DNA from: an uncultured Acidobacteriota bacterium | GTDB lineage: Bacteria > Acidobacteriota > Thermoanaerobaculia > Multivoradales > UBA5704 | Reading direction: 5' to 3' | Assembly (NCBI GenBank): GCA_963770895.1 | Contig: CAVYRF010000002.1 | Coordinates: 1,600,001 to 1,664,000, forward strand | Length of the DNA: 64,000 nucleotides | Position numbers and translations under genes: made by a program | Notes under the pieces: generated by a model | The model's input: the letters and a program-made list of their open reading frames with translations, nothing else | Told to the model about the DNA's origin: nothing | The model's database searches: none | In this document: one piece after another, positions 31,308 to 39,441 of the stretch | How the letters are laid out: every line of letters begins with the position of its first letter | How positions within the stretch are numbered: position 1 is the stretch's first letter

Positions 31308-32212
31308 CACTCGAGACCCTCCCTTTCCATCAGCACGTCGTAGAGCCGCATCAGCTCCTCTTCGGAATAGAAGTGGATGCGCAGGTCGCCGCCCTTGCCC
31401 TTGCGCCGGATCTCCACTTTTGTCTGCAGGCGCCGGGTCAGCGTCTCCGCCGCCGCCGCGGAGTGAACCTCCACCGGCGGCGCCGGCAGCCGCTGCGGCC
31501 GCCGCTCTTGCCGGGCTGGCGCGGTCAGGCGTTCCAGCTCGCGGGCCGTAAGGCCTTCGCGCACTGCCCGTTCCGCCAGCGCAATCTGCTGTTCGGCGCT
31601 GGCCAGGGCCAGCAACGGGCGCGCCTGGCCGGCGCTCAGCTTGCCTTCGCGCACCAGGTCGCAAACCGGCGGGGGCAGCTTGAGCAGGCGCAGGGCGTTG
31701 CTCACGGTGGGGCGGCTCTTGCCGACGCGCACCGCGACTTCGTCCTGGGAAAGGCCGAACTTTTCCTGCAGGGCAAGATAGGCTTCGGCCTCCTCGATCG
31801 CGTTCAGGTCGCTGCGCTGCACGTTCTCGACCAGCGCGAGCTCCAGCCGCGCGCGGTCGTCGAGGTCGCCGCGCACCACCACCGGCACCTCTTCCAGGCC
31901 CGCCAAGCGGGCCGCCCGCCAGCGCCGTTCGCCGGCGATGATGCTGTATGTGCCGTCGCTTTCGGCAGTTACGACCAGGGGTTGCACCAGCCCCTGCGCC
32001 CGTATCGAGGCCGCCAGGGCGTCGAGCTCGGCGGTGTCGAAGTGAGAACGCGGTTGCAGGCGATTGGGCTTGAGCGATGCGATCGGCAAGCGCAGCTCCT
32101 GGCCCGGGCGGTGGCTGGCGGCGGCCGGCTCGGCCGGCTGGCGAGTCTGAATCAACGCATCCAGGCCGCGGCCCAAGCCGCGCTTTTTTGCCGGCGGGGC
32201 CGGAGCCGTCAC
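31307..32212 (-). CDS. parB: Chromosome partitioning protein ParB
   Basis: KKRGLGRGLDALI, QPR..F, IIAGERRWRAA, ALVENVQRSDLN and HTH VGKSRPTVSNALRLL. Confidence 0.97.
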   Translation of the reverse strand: MTAPAPPAKKRGLGRGLDALIQTRQPAEPAAASHRPGQELRLPIASLKPNRLQPRSHFDTAELDALAASIRAQGLVQPLVVTAESDGTYSIIAGERRWRAARLAGLEEVPVVVRGDLDDRARLELALVENVQRSDLNAIEEAEAYLALQEKFGLSQDEVAVRVGKSRPTVSNALRLLKLPPPVCDLVREGKLSAGQARPLLALASAEQQIALAERAVREGLTARELERLTAPARQERRPQRLPAPPVEVHSAAAAETLTRRLQTKVEIRRKGKGGDLRIHFYSEEELMRLYDVLMEREGLE

Positions 32213-32961
32213 GCCGCCCTCCGCAGCAGCTCGCGCGCCAGGGCGAGGTAGGCCTCGGCCCCCCGCGAGCGGATGTCGTACTGAAAGATCGGCTTCCCAT
32301 GGCTGGGCGCCTCGGCAAGACGGATATTGCGCGGCACCACCGTGTCGTACACCTTGTCGGCAAAGTGGCGGCGGATTTCGTCCGCCACGTCGCGTGACAG
32401 GTTGGTGCGGTCGTCGTACATGGTGAGCAGGATGCCCGCAATCACCAGCCGCGTGTTCAACTGCTCCTGCACCCGCCCGATCGTCGCCAGCAGCTCGCTC
32501 ACCCCCTCAAGGGCAAAGTACTCGCACTGCAGGGGAACCAGCACCCCGTCGGCCGCGACCAGGGCGTTGACCGTCAGGTGCCCCAGGGACGGCGGGCAGT
32601 CGAGCAAGATGGTGTCGTATTTGCCGGCAACTTCGGCCAACACTGCCTTCAGGCGGCCCTCCCAGGCCGGCTCGCCCACGAACTCCACTTCGACGCCGAC
32701 CAGGTCGCGCTGTGTGGGGATCAGATCCAGATTGGGGAAGCCCGAAGGCCGGATCGCCTCGGTCAGCGACGCATTTCCCGATAGGGCGTGGTACAGGTGA
32801 GGCGACGATGCATGCAGCCCCAGCCCGCGCGTCGCATTGCCCTGCGGATCGCAATCCACCAGGAGCACGCGGCGTTCCAGCGCGCCCAGGCCGGCCCCCA
32901 GATTGATGGCGGTCGTGGTCTTGCCGACCCCGCCTTTTTGATTGGCGATCGCAAGGATCAT
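32209..32961 (-). CDS. parA: Chromosome partitioning ATPase ParA/Soj
   Basis: ANQKGGVGKTTT, DCDPQGNAT, DCPPSLG, PLQCEYFALEG and PRNIRLAEAPSHG. Confidence 0.97.
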   Translation of the reverse strand: MILAIANQKGGVGKTTTAINLGAGLGALERRVLLVDCDPQGNATRGLGLHASSPHLYHALSGNASLTEAIRPSGFPNLDLIPTQRDLVGVEVEFVGEPAWEGRLKAVLAEVAGKYDTILLDCPPSLGHLTVNALVAADGVLVPLQCEYFALEGVSELLATIGRVQEQLNTRLVIAGILLTMYDDRTNLSRDVADEIRRHFADKVYDTVVPRNIRLAEAPSHGKPIFQYDIRSRGAEAYLALARELLRRAA

Positions 32962-33623
32962 ACGGCTTCAGGCTCCCGAGTTGCGGGGTGTACAGGTCGC
33001 AGCTGCAGGATGCGGCGGCGGTCTCCCCCTGCCAGGCGAAAGCTGGCTTGCAGCAAGAGCTCTTCCGGCAGCTCCGGCACTTCGTCGCCAGCCCAAAGAA
33101 GGATCGATCCGTGAGGGCTCAAGCGCCGAGCGAAGGCCCCCAACACGCCCACATCGAGCTTGAGCGCTCGCACGGTTACCAGATCGATCGATCCTGGAAG
33201 GCCGACGGGCAACGGACTTGAAACTCTAACATTGAGGGGCTGGCAGGGCAACGCAGCCTTGCGCGCCGCACTCGCCAGAAACGACCATTTCCGCTCGCGG
33301 GCTTCCAGCAGAGTCATCCGCAAACCCGGTCGCGCCGCCGCCACCACCAGACCCGGAAACCCACCGCCCGACCCCACGTCCACCCCCCACCGAGCTGACT
33401 CCGCGATCAACGGCAGCGCCGCAAGCGATTCGCCATAGTGCCGGTCCAGCAGCTCGCCAGCCGTTCCCCGGCCAATCAACCCCAGCCGCTCGTTCCACCG
33501 CACCAGCTCCAGGTAATGCGCATACAACGCCCGCAGCACCTCCGCGCTCAGAGACTCCGGCGACCGCTGCGCCACCCCCCGCTCAAACTCCTCGCGCGAC
33601 ATCGCCACCAGCTCAACTCCCAT
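32958..33623 (-). CDS. rsmG: 16S rRNA (guanine527-N7)-methyltransferase
   Basis: LVRWNERLGL, RHYGESL, DVGSGGGFPG and VTVRAL, upstream of parA. Confidence 0.92.
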   Translation of the reverse strand: MGVELVAMSREEFERGVAQRSPESLSAEVLRALYAHYLELVRWNERLGLIGRGTAGELLDRHYGESLAALPLIAESARWGVDVGSGGGFPGLVVAAARPGLRMTLLEARERKWSFLASAARKAALPCQPLNVRVSSPLPVGLPGSIDLVTVRALKLDVGVLGAFARRLSPHGSILLWAGDEVPELPEELLLQASFRLAGGDRRRILQLRPVHPATREPEAV

Positions 33624-33805
33624 GGGCCAATGCTAGTCCAGCCCTCTTCCCCTGGCACCCCCACGTGCCCGTTTGACCCGTCCAGCACCCTTGAGGAGCG
33701 GCCCGGGCTCGCCCACAAATCATTGAAAACAAACGGCCAACGGTACCAACGCTGGTCGCTGGTCGGGATTTTGCGCCGGCGCGCCTCGCGGCCCCGGACT
33801 GGCAG

Positions 33806-34464
33806 GCCCTGCCGGGCGCCCGGCGCGATCCCGCGGTCAAGCCCACCCCGCACCGGCGCCCGCCACCAACGGCAGGAGAAAGCCCCCGCGCCGTGCCCCC
33901 GCGGCAAGACCACCCCAGGCACCAGAACGACCTTGACGCGGGGAGCGCGGCGCAACACCGGCCCGCGAATCGCTCCTGCCCCATCTGCCCTGCGTCAGAG
34001 GTATCGCGTCGGTGGGTACGCCGTTCTGGCTCCGAGTCAGGCTTGACGCGGGCCAGAACGGCGGGGGCCTTGCTTATTGGCCGAGACGAGGCGCAGCCCG
34101 GCTCGGCGTGACCGCAAGGCCCTGCCGGGCGCCCGGCGCAATCCTGCGGCCAAGCCCACCCTGCACCGGCGCCCGCCGCCAATGGCGGGAGAAAGCCTCC
34201 CGCGCCGCGCCCCCCGCGGCAAGATCAAACCAGGACCAGAAGAACCTTCACGCGGGGACCGCGGCGCAACACCGGCCAATCGGAATCGCTCCTCCCCATC
34301 TGCCCCGCGTCGTCAGAAGCATGGCGTTGCTGGCTGCGCCGTTCCGCCCCCGCGTCAAGCCTGACGCGGGGGCGGAACGGCGGGGCCTTACTCCCAACGG
34401 CCGAGACGGGCGCCGGCTCGGCTCGGCTTGACCGCTAACCCTGCCGGGCGCCCGGCGCAATCCT
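33806..34464. repeat. ~310-bp structured tandem repeat, left block (2 units plus the start of a third)
   Basis: Units start at ~33806, ~34119 and ~34438 with CCCTGCCGGGCGCCCGGCGC. Long hairpins at 34020-34062 and 34338-34381. Confidence 0.9.
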
Positions 34465-34483
34465 AGGCCCGGCTTGATCGCTG

Positions 34484-34499
34484 CGTTTCACGTGAAACG
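34484..34499. promoter_or_regulatory. parS site 1
   Basis: Perfect palindrome CGTTTCACGTGAAACG, matching the TGTTTCACGTGAAACA parS consensus. Confidence 0.9.
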
Positions 34500-34632
34500 T
34501 CACGGCGGTCTGGAAACGTTGCCGGCGCCGACCACGCCGACCTCGCGAGTCCCATCATCCAGCTCGCTCATCCGGGCCGCTCGAAGTCTGACCCCGACGC
34601 GACGTACCAGCTAGACCCGGCATTGATCGCTG

Positions 34633-34648
34633 CGTTTCACGTGAAACG
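34633..34648. promoter_or_regulatory. parS site 2
   Basis: CGTTTCACGTGAAACG. Confidence 0.9.
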
Positions 34649-34944
34649 TCGCGGCAGTCCGGAAACGTTGCCCCGCCGACCACGCCGGCCTTGCGAGTCC
34701 CATCACCCCAGCGCCCTCATCCGGACCGCTCGGAGGTCCGACCCCGACGGCGGGGACCAGGGAGGCCGAGGACGGCCCCCCTTGCTGGCACCGGCCACTC
34801 CGCCCCAAATCCATCCCGGCACGGAAGGGTGCCGCCCGTCACGAGCCGCTCGTCTCCATCCGCCAAGCGAACGCCACCCGCCCTCACCGCTGGCCCTGCG
34901 CAGGAGGCCACCGCGCGCCAGCTGAGGCCCGGCCTTGATCGCTG

Positions 34945-34960
34945 CGCTTCACGTGAAACG
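34945..34960. promoter_or_regulatory. parS site 3 (one internal mismatch)
   Basis: CGCTTCACGTGAAACG. Confidence 0.8.
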
Positions 34961-35071
34961 TCACGGTTGTCCGGGTACGTTGCCGGCGCCGACCACGCCG
35001 ACCTCGCGAGTCCCATCATCCCGCTCGCTCATCCGGGCCGCTCGAAGTCTGACCCCGACGAGACGTACCAG

Positions 35072-35736
35072 TAAGTATCCCCCGGCAGAGCCGGGGGCTT
35101 TAGAAAAACCGTGAGCCGCTCAAAGCGGCTGGAAGGGGTCGCTAACGCGACCCCTCAGGGTTGGAGCCACCGTTACGATGGCGGGTCATCGCCAGAGGTC
35201 AAGCTGGTCCACCCGCTCGTCCTCTTTCTGCTGGGCCTTGATGTACTCTCGAACTACCCTCTCGTCACGACCGACCGTTGACACGAAGTACCCTCGTGCC
35301 CAGAAATGCTGCCCCACAAAATTCCGCTTGCGCTCTCCGTACACCCGTGCCAGATGAATTGCGCTCTTGCCCTTGATGAACCCCACCACCTGCGATACCG
35401 CGTACTTCGGCGGGATAGACAGCAGCATATGGACATGGTCGGGCATCAGGTGGCCCTCCTCCACCCGGCTCTCTTTCTGGCCGGCCAGCTTCCGGAACAC
35501 CTCGCCAAGGTGTACCCGCAGCTGACCGTACAGCGTTCTTCGTCGGCACTTCGGGATGAACACCACGTGGTATTTGCACTCCCACGTCGTGTGGCTCAAA
35601 CTCTCGTACTTGTCCATCGTGGGTCTTCCTTTCGTGCGCTTGGCGGCTCACGAAGGAAGTCTCTGCGATGGACACTCCCTAAAATGTCAAACTTCTACTG
35701 CCTCCCCGGCAGAGCCGGGGGGCCTCCTTTGGGAGG
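35072..35736 (-). mobile_element. IS200/IS605-family element, tnpA only (~665 bp)
   Basis: Identical subterminal hairpins CCCCGGCAGAGCCGGGG at ~35080-35096 and 35704-35720. Ends defined (+/-1 nt) by comparison with the empty GTACCAG|CTAGACCC junction at 34604-34618. No target duplication. Confidence 0.93.
35186..35617 (-). CDS. tnpA: IS200/IS605 Y1 (HUH) transposase
   Basis: CKYHVVFIPKCRR, DHVHML (HUH), KGKS, FWARGYFVSTVG and EYIKAQ (catalytic Tyr). Confidence 0.96.
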   Translation of the reverse strand: MDKYESLSHTTWECKYHVVFIPKCRRRTLYGQLRVHLGEVFRKLAGQKESRVEEGHLMPDHVHMLLSIPPKYAVSQVVGFIKGKSAIHLARVYGERKRNFVGQHFWARGYFVSTVGRDERVVREYIKAQQKEDERVDQLDLWR

Positions 35737-35758
35737 CTAGACCCGGCATTGATCGCTG

Positions 35759-35774
35759 CGTTTCACGTGAAACG
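35759..35774. promoter_or_regulatory. parS site 4
   Basis: CGTTTCACGTGAAACG. Confidence 0.9.
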
Positions 35775-36068
35775 TCCCGGCAGTCCGGAAACGTTGCCCG
35801 CCGACCACGCCGGCCTTGCGAGTCCCATCTCCCCCAGCTCCCTCATCCGGACCGCTCGGAGGTCCGACCCCGACGGCGGGGACCAGGGAGGCCGAGGACG
35901 GCCCCCCTTGCTGGCACCGGCCACTCCGCCCCAAATCCATCCCGGCACGGAAGGGTGCCGCCCGTCACGAGCCGCTCGTCTCCATCCGCCAAGCGAACGC
36001 CACCCGCCCTCACCGCTGGCCCTGCGCAGGAGGCCACAGCGCGCCAGCTGACCCGGCCTTGATCGCTG

Positions 36069-36084
36069 CGTTTCACGTGAAACG
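36069..36084. promoter_or_regulatory. parS site 5
   Basis: CGTTTCACGTGAAACG. Confidence 0.9.
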
Positions 36085-36181
36085 TCACGGTAGTCCGGGT
36101 ACGTTGCCGGCGCCGACCACGCCGACCTCGCGAGTCCCATCATCCCGCTCCCGATTCGGACCACTCGAAATGCGATCCCTG

Positions 36182-36304
36182 TCCAGGGTGAACAGACCCT
36201 ACGGAGTCTTGCGCTGGATACGAAGGCCGCCGGCGGCGATGAAGTAGGCCTCCAGTGAGAGTTCTCCTTCCCGCACGATCGCCGTGCCGCTCTCCGCCTG
36301 CCGC
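36182..36304 (-). pseudogene. ~123-bp inverted copy of an internal part of the cNMP-binding gene (52561-52683)
   Basis: The reverse complement aligns without gaps to 52561-52683 with about 7 substitutions, including TAC>TAG. Confidence 0.9.
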
Positions 36305-36339
36305 ACGGCTGTGGGGGCGGGGGCTGATATGGAACGACC

Positions 36340-36654
36340 TCTTGTCAAGTGGCAAGAGCTGACCCGGGTGGGGGGCTGTTGCCGGAAGTGGCAAGGGCGA
36401 ACCGACCTGAGACGACAGACGAGCGTGGACGCTTCGACGACGAGTCACTCTGATATTCGCGGGTTGCGCCGAGGTGGCGCAGAGCCGCAGGACGGTTCTT
36501 CGTCGGGAGGAATCGCTGTCTAAGGTCGCGAGTCCAGGCCCTTTGGCCCTGTCGCATAGCCCCCGTCGCGGGTCCTCCAATCGGTGCCGTGCTCATCCGT
36601 CGTCTCAGGCGGGCTCGCGCCCCGCGCCTACCTCCTTAGCCAGCGGTGGTTCTT
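36340..36654 (-). ncRNA. Putative bridge/seek RNA of the IS110 element
   Basis: Non-coding region 3' of the transposase with segments matching both halves of the reconstructed target (CGGGGGCTA, CTAAGG) and donor junction (TCTGATAT, AGACGA). Boundaries approximate. Confidence 0.75.
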
Positions 36655-37805
36655 CTACTTGGACTTCGAGATTGCAGTTGGTGGTGGCTCAACTGGCCGC
36701 AGGGTCGCCCCAGACAGCACAGCCCAGATGAACCCGCTGAGCTCGCGGGCACAGGCGACCACCGCCTTGCTCACGGGTTGTCCGCGTCCCAATACCAGCC
36801 GGCTGTAGCGCCGGTGCAGCCGCTGCTGCGCTCGATCCGCCAGGGCGATCACCGCTGCCGGTTGACCCGTGCGCCGCCGGCGCAGCGCCACGCCCACTGC
36901 CGGCCGATGGCGGTAGTGGTGGGCAGCCTCGACCAGAAGGCGCCGCAGATGCCGGTTGCCAGTCTTGGTGATGCCGCCACGATGCACGCTCCCGCCGCTC
37001 GACGATTCGCTCGGCACCAACCCCAGATGCGCCATCAACTGCCGGGCGCCGGTGAAACGCTCGAAGCCGTGCAACTCGGCCAAGAGGATCATCGAGGTGA
37101 CCGTGTCGATCCCGCGAAAACACCGCAGCCAGCTCACCCGCTCGCGGTACGGCTCCTGCTCGGCCAAGCTCACAAGCTGTGCTTCCAGCTCTCCGAGACG
37201 AGCACCGATCTGGTCTACGGCCAGCAGGTAGTCGGACAGCACCACCCGCTCCGCGGCCTGTGCCAACTGCAGGCTCCACAGCCACTGCCGATGCTGCTGC
37301 GTCCAAGGCCGGCCCCCTGAGTAGCGCAGGTCCCGCCGTAACAGCAGCTTGCTCAGCCGGTGCCGGGCTCGCATCAGGTCCACTCGCGCATCATCGCGAC
37401 ACCGGCAGAGGCCCGCACCGCCTCTTCGGCCTCGCTCGGTGGACGCACCTCGGTCAACAAACCCGCCCGCGACAGCTCCGCCAACTTCCGAGCATCCCGG
37501 CGGTCCGTCTTGATCCGCTCCCCCGACTTGCGCGGAATCAACGACGGCGCCACCACCTGACAACGCACCCCCCGGCCCCTGCAACTGACGCTGCAACCCG
37601 TAACCGCATGGACCCGCTTCGTAGGCGCACTGCACCACCCCCCTCCGTCTCGCTTCAGTTTGCGCACCAGCTTGCGAACCTCGCTCGGCTCATTGCGCAG
37701 CTCCCATTGCACCGGCTTGCTGCCAACCGAACCTGCCAGCAGCGCCACGCTGATCGACGCCTTGTGCACATCCAGACCCACGTAGGTGGTGGTACCCTCT
37801 TCCAT
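36655..37805 (-). pseudogene. IS110-family DEDD transposase/recombinase with 3 frameshifts (~37640, ~37575, ~37412)
   Basis: YVGLDVHK, AYEAGPCG, KTDRRDA, LGLVPSESSSG and GGITKTGN, split between two frames. Confidence 0.92.
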
Positions 37806-38074
37806 GACCGGTTCCTCCGTCGTCTGCGGCTCTGACGACGCCTCGGCTGCGTTAACCCGCGTTCCTCGGTGGGACCCACTCCCACCTCTCGTGACTTCCT
37901 AACGGCCAGTCACGATCCTACGACCGCGGGGAACCGGTCGTTCCATATCGTCTAAGGCCTCGAGTTCGAGCACCCCGGCAAGGGCTCTGCGGGTGGCAAC
38001 ACTCTGGAGAGAATGGTCTATTCGTGTCGTGCCGGCTCTCGCTGCCCTAGATCATCTGGGCGGTCTTCCCTATA

Positions 38075-39330
38075 GGGGAGGACGACTCCAGCCCGGCCCT
38101 GCTTTGCCATAAGGCCCTGCGGGGCACCCGGCACGATCCTGCGGTCGAGCCCATGCCGCACCGGTGCTCGCCGCGTACGGCGGGGGAAGGCTCCCCGCGC
38201 GCCGTGCTTCCTCGGCAAGGTCACACCAGGCACCGAACCACGCGGGGGCACCGCGCGCCACCGGCCATCGGAACCGCTCCTACCCATCTGCCCATGTCGG
38301 GGCGTGGCGCTGCTGGCTGTGCCGTTCCGCACCCGCGTCAAGCCTGACGCGGGTGCGGAACGGCGGGGCCTTGCTCCCAGCGACCGAGACGGGCGCCGGC
38401 CCCGCTCGGCTCGGCCGCAAGGCACTGCAGGGCGCCCGGTACGATCCTCTGGTCAAGCCCACCTGTACCGGCGCCCGCCGCCAACGGCGGGAGCAAGCTT
38501 CCCGCGCCGTGACTTCGCGGCAAGATCACACCAGACACTAGCGCTACCTTCAAGCGGGAGGCGCAGCGCAACCTTGGCGATCGGAATCACCCCCGTCTGC
38601 CCGGTCTCACAGGCGTGGTGCTGCTGGCAGCACCGTTCCGGTCCCGCGTCAAGCTGGCGCGGGCCGGATCGGCTGGGGCCTTGCTCCCAGCGGCCGAGAC
38701 GGGCGCCGGCCCGGCTCGCATTAGCCGCAAGGCACCGCAGGGCGCCCGGCACGGGCCTGCGGCCAAGTTCACCCGGCACTTGCGCCCCGCCGCCAACGGC
38801 AGGAAAAAGGCTTCGTACCGTGCTCCCGGACCAGGCACCGGGACGACCTTGACGGGAGAGCGGCGCAACACCGGCCATCGCAATCGCTCCTGCCCATCTG
38901 CCCGTGTTAGGGGCGCGGCGCTGCTGGCTGTGCCGTTCCGCACCCGCGTCAAGCCTGACGCGGGCGCGGAACGGCGGGGCCTTGCTCCCAGCGGCCGAGA
39001 CGGGCGCCGGCCCGGCTCGGCTTGGCCGCAAGGCTCTGCCGGGCGCCCGGTACGACCCCCCGGTCAAGCCCTATCTGTACCGGCGCCCGCCGCCAGCGGT
39101 GGGAGAAGGCCCCCCGCGCCGCGACCCCGCGGCAAGATCACGCCACGCACAGAACGACCCTAACGGGAAAGCGCGGCGCAACACCGACCATCGCGATCGC
39201 TCCTGTCCTGCTGCCCCATCAGAGTCATGGCGTTGCTAGCTGCGCCGTTCCGGCTCCAACGTCAAGCCCTGACGCGGTGACTTGCTCCCGCAGCCGAGAC
39301 GGGCGCCGGCCCCAGCCTGCCTTGACCGCT
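38075..39330. repeat. ~310-bp structured tandem repeat, right block (4 units)
   Basis: Units start at ~38113, ~38421, ~38731 and ~39031. Hairpins at 38321-38364, 38633-38673 and 38932-38975, with a partial one at 39244. Same family as 33806-34464. Confidence 0.9.
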
Positions 39331-39425
39331 GGCCGCCGGGCCGGTCTTCTGGTCGCCCGACGGCGGTGCTTGCCAGATCTGTCCCGGCTTTACGGATCTG
39401 ACCGTCGGTTTGCCCAAGCAAACGA

Positions 39426-39441
39426 CGTTTCACGTGAAACA
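39426..39441. promoter_or_regulatory. parS site 6 (outside the A/B repeat)
   Basis: CGTTTCACGTGAAACA. Confidence 0.9.

Larger units (their letters stand above)
34465..36179. repeat. parS-bearing higher-order tandem repeat A-B-A-[IS200]-B-A (A ~145 bp, B ~313 bp)
   Basis: A at ~34465-34610, ~34925-35071 and ~36050-36179. B at 34611-34923 and 35737-36049. Every unit begins CCCGGC.TTGATCGCTGCG(T/C)TTCACGTGAAACGTC. Confidence 0.92.
36324..37953 (-). mobile_element. IS110-family element (IS1111-like: subterminal IRs, downstream non-coding region)
   Basis: Perfect 14-bp IR GATATGGAACGACC (36326-36339) / GGTCGTTCCATATC (37936-37949). CT core at both ends (36324-36325 and 37952-37953). Confidence 0.9.

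Noticed and set aside
35072-35736. TnpB/IscB RNA-guided nuclease in the IS200/IS605 element
   Set aside because: The element is only ~665 bp and encodes TnpA alone.
36182-36304. Diversity-generating retroelement template/variable repeat pair with 52561-52683
   Set aside because: Mismatches are not confined to adenines, the target is N-terminal rather than a C-terminal variable region, and no reverse transcriptase is present.
33806-39441. CRISPR array interpretation of the repeat region
   Set aside because: Units are 145-460 bp and homologous along their whole length, with no short-repeat/unique-spacer pattern and no cas genes in the window.
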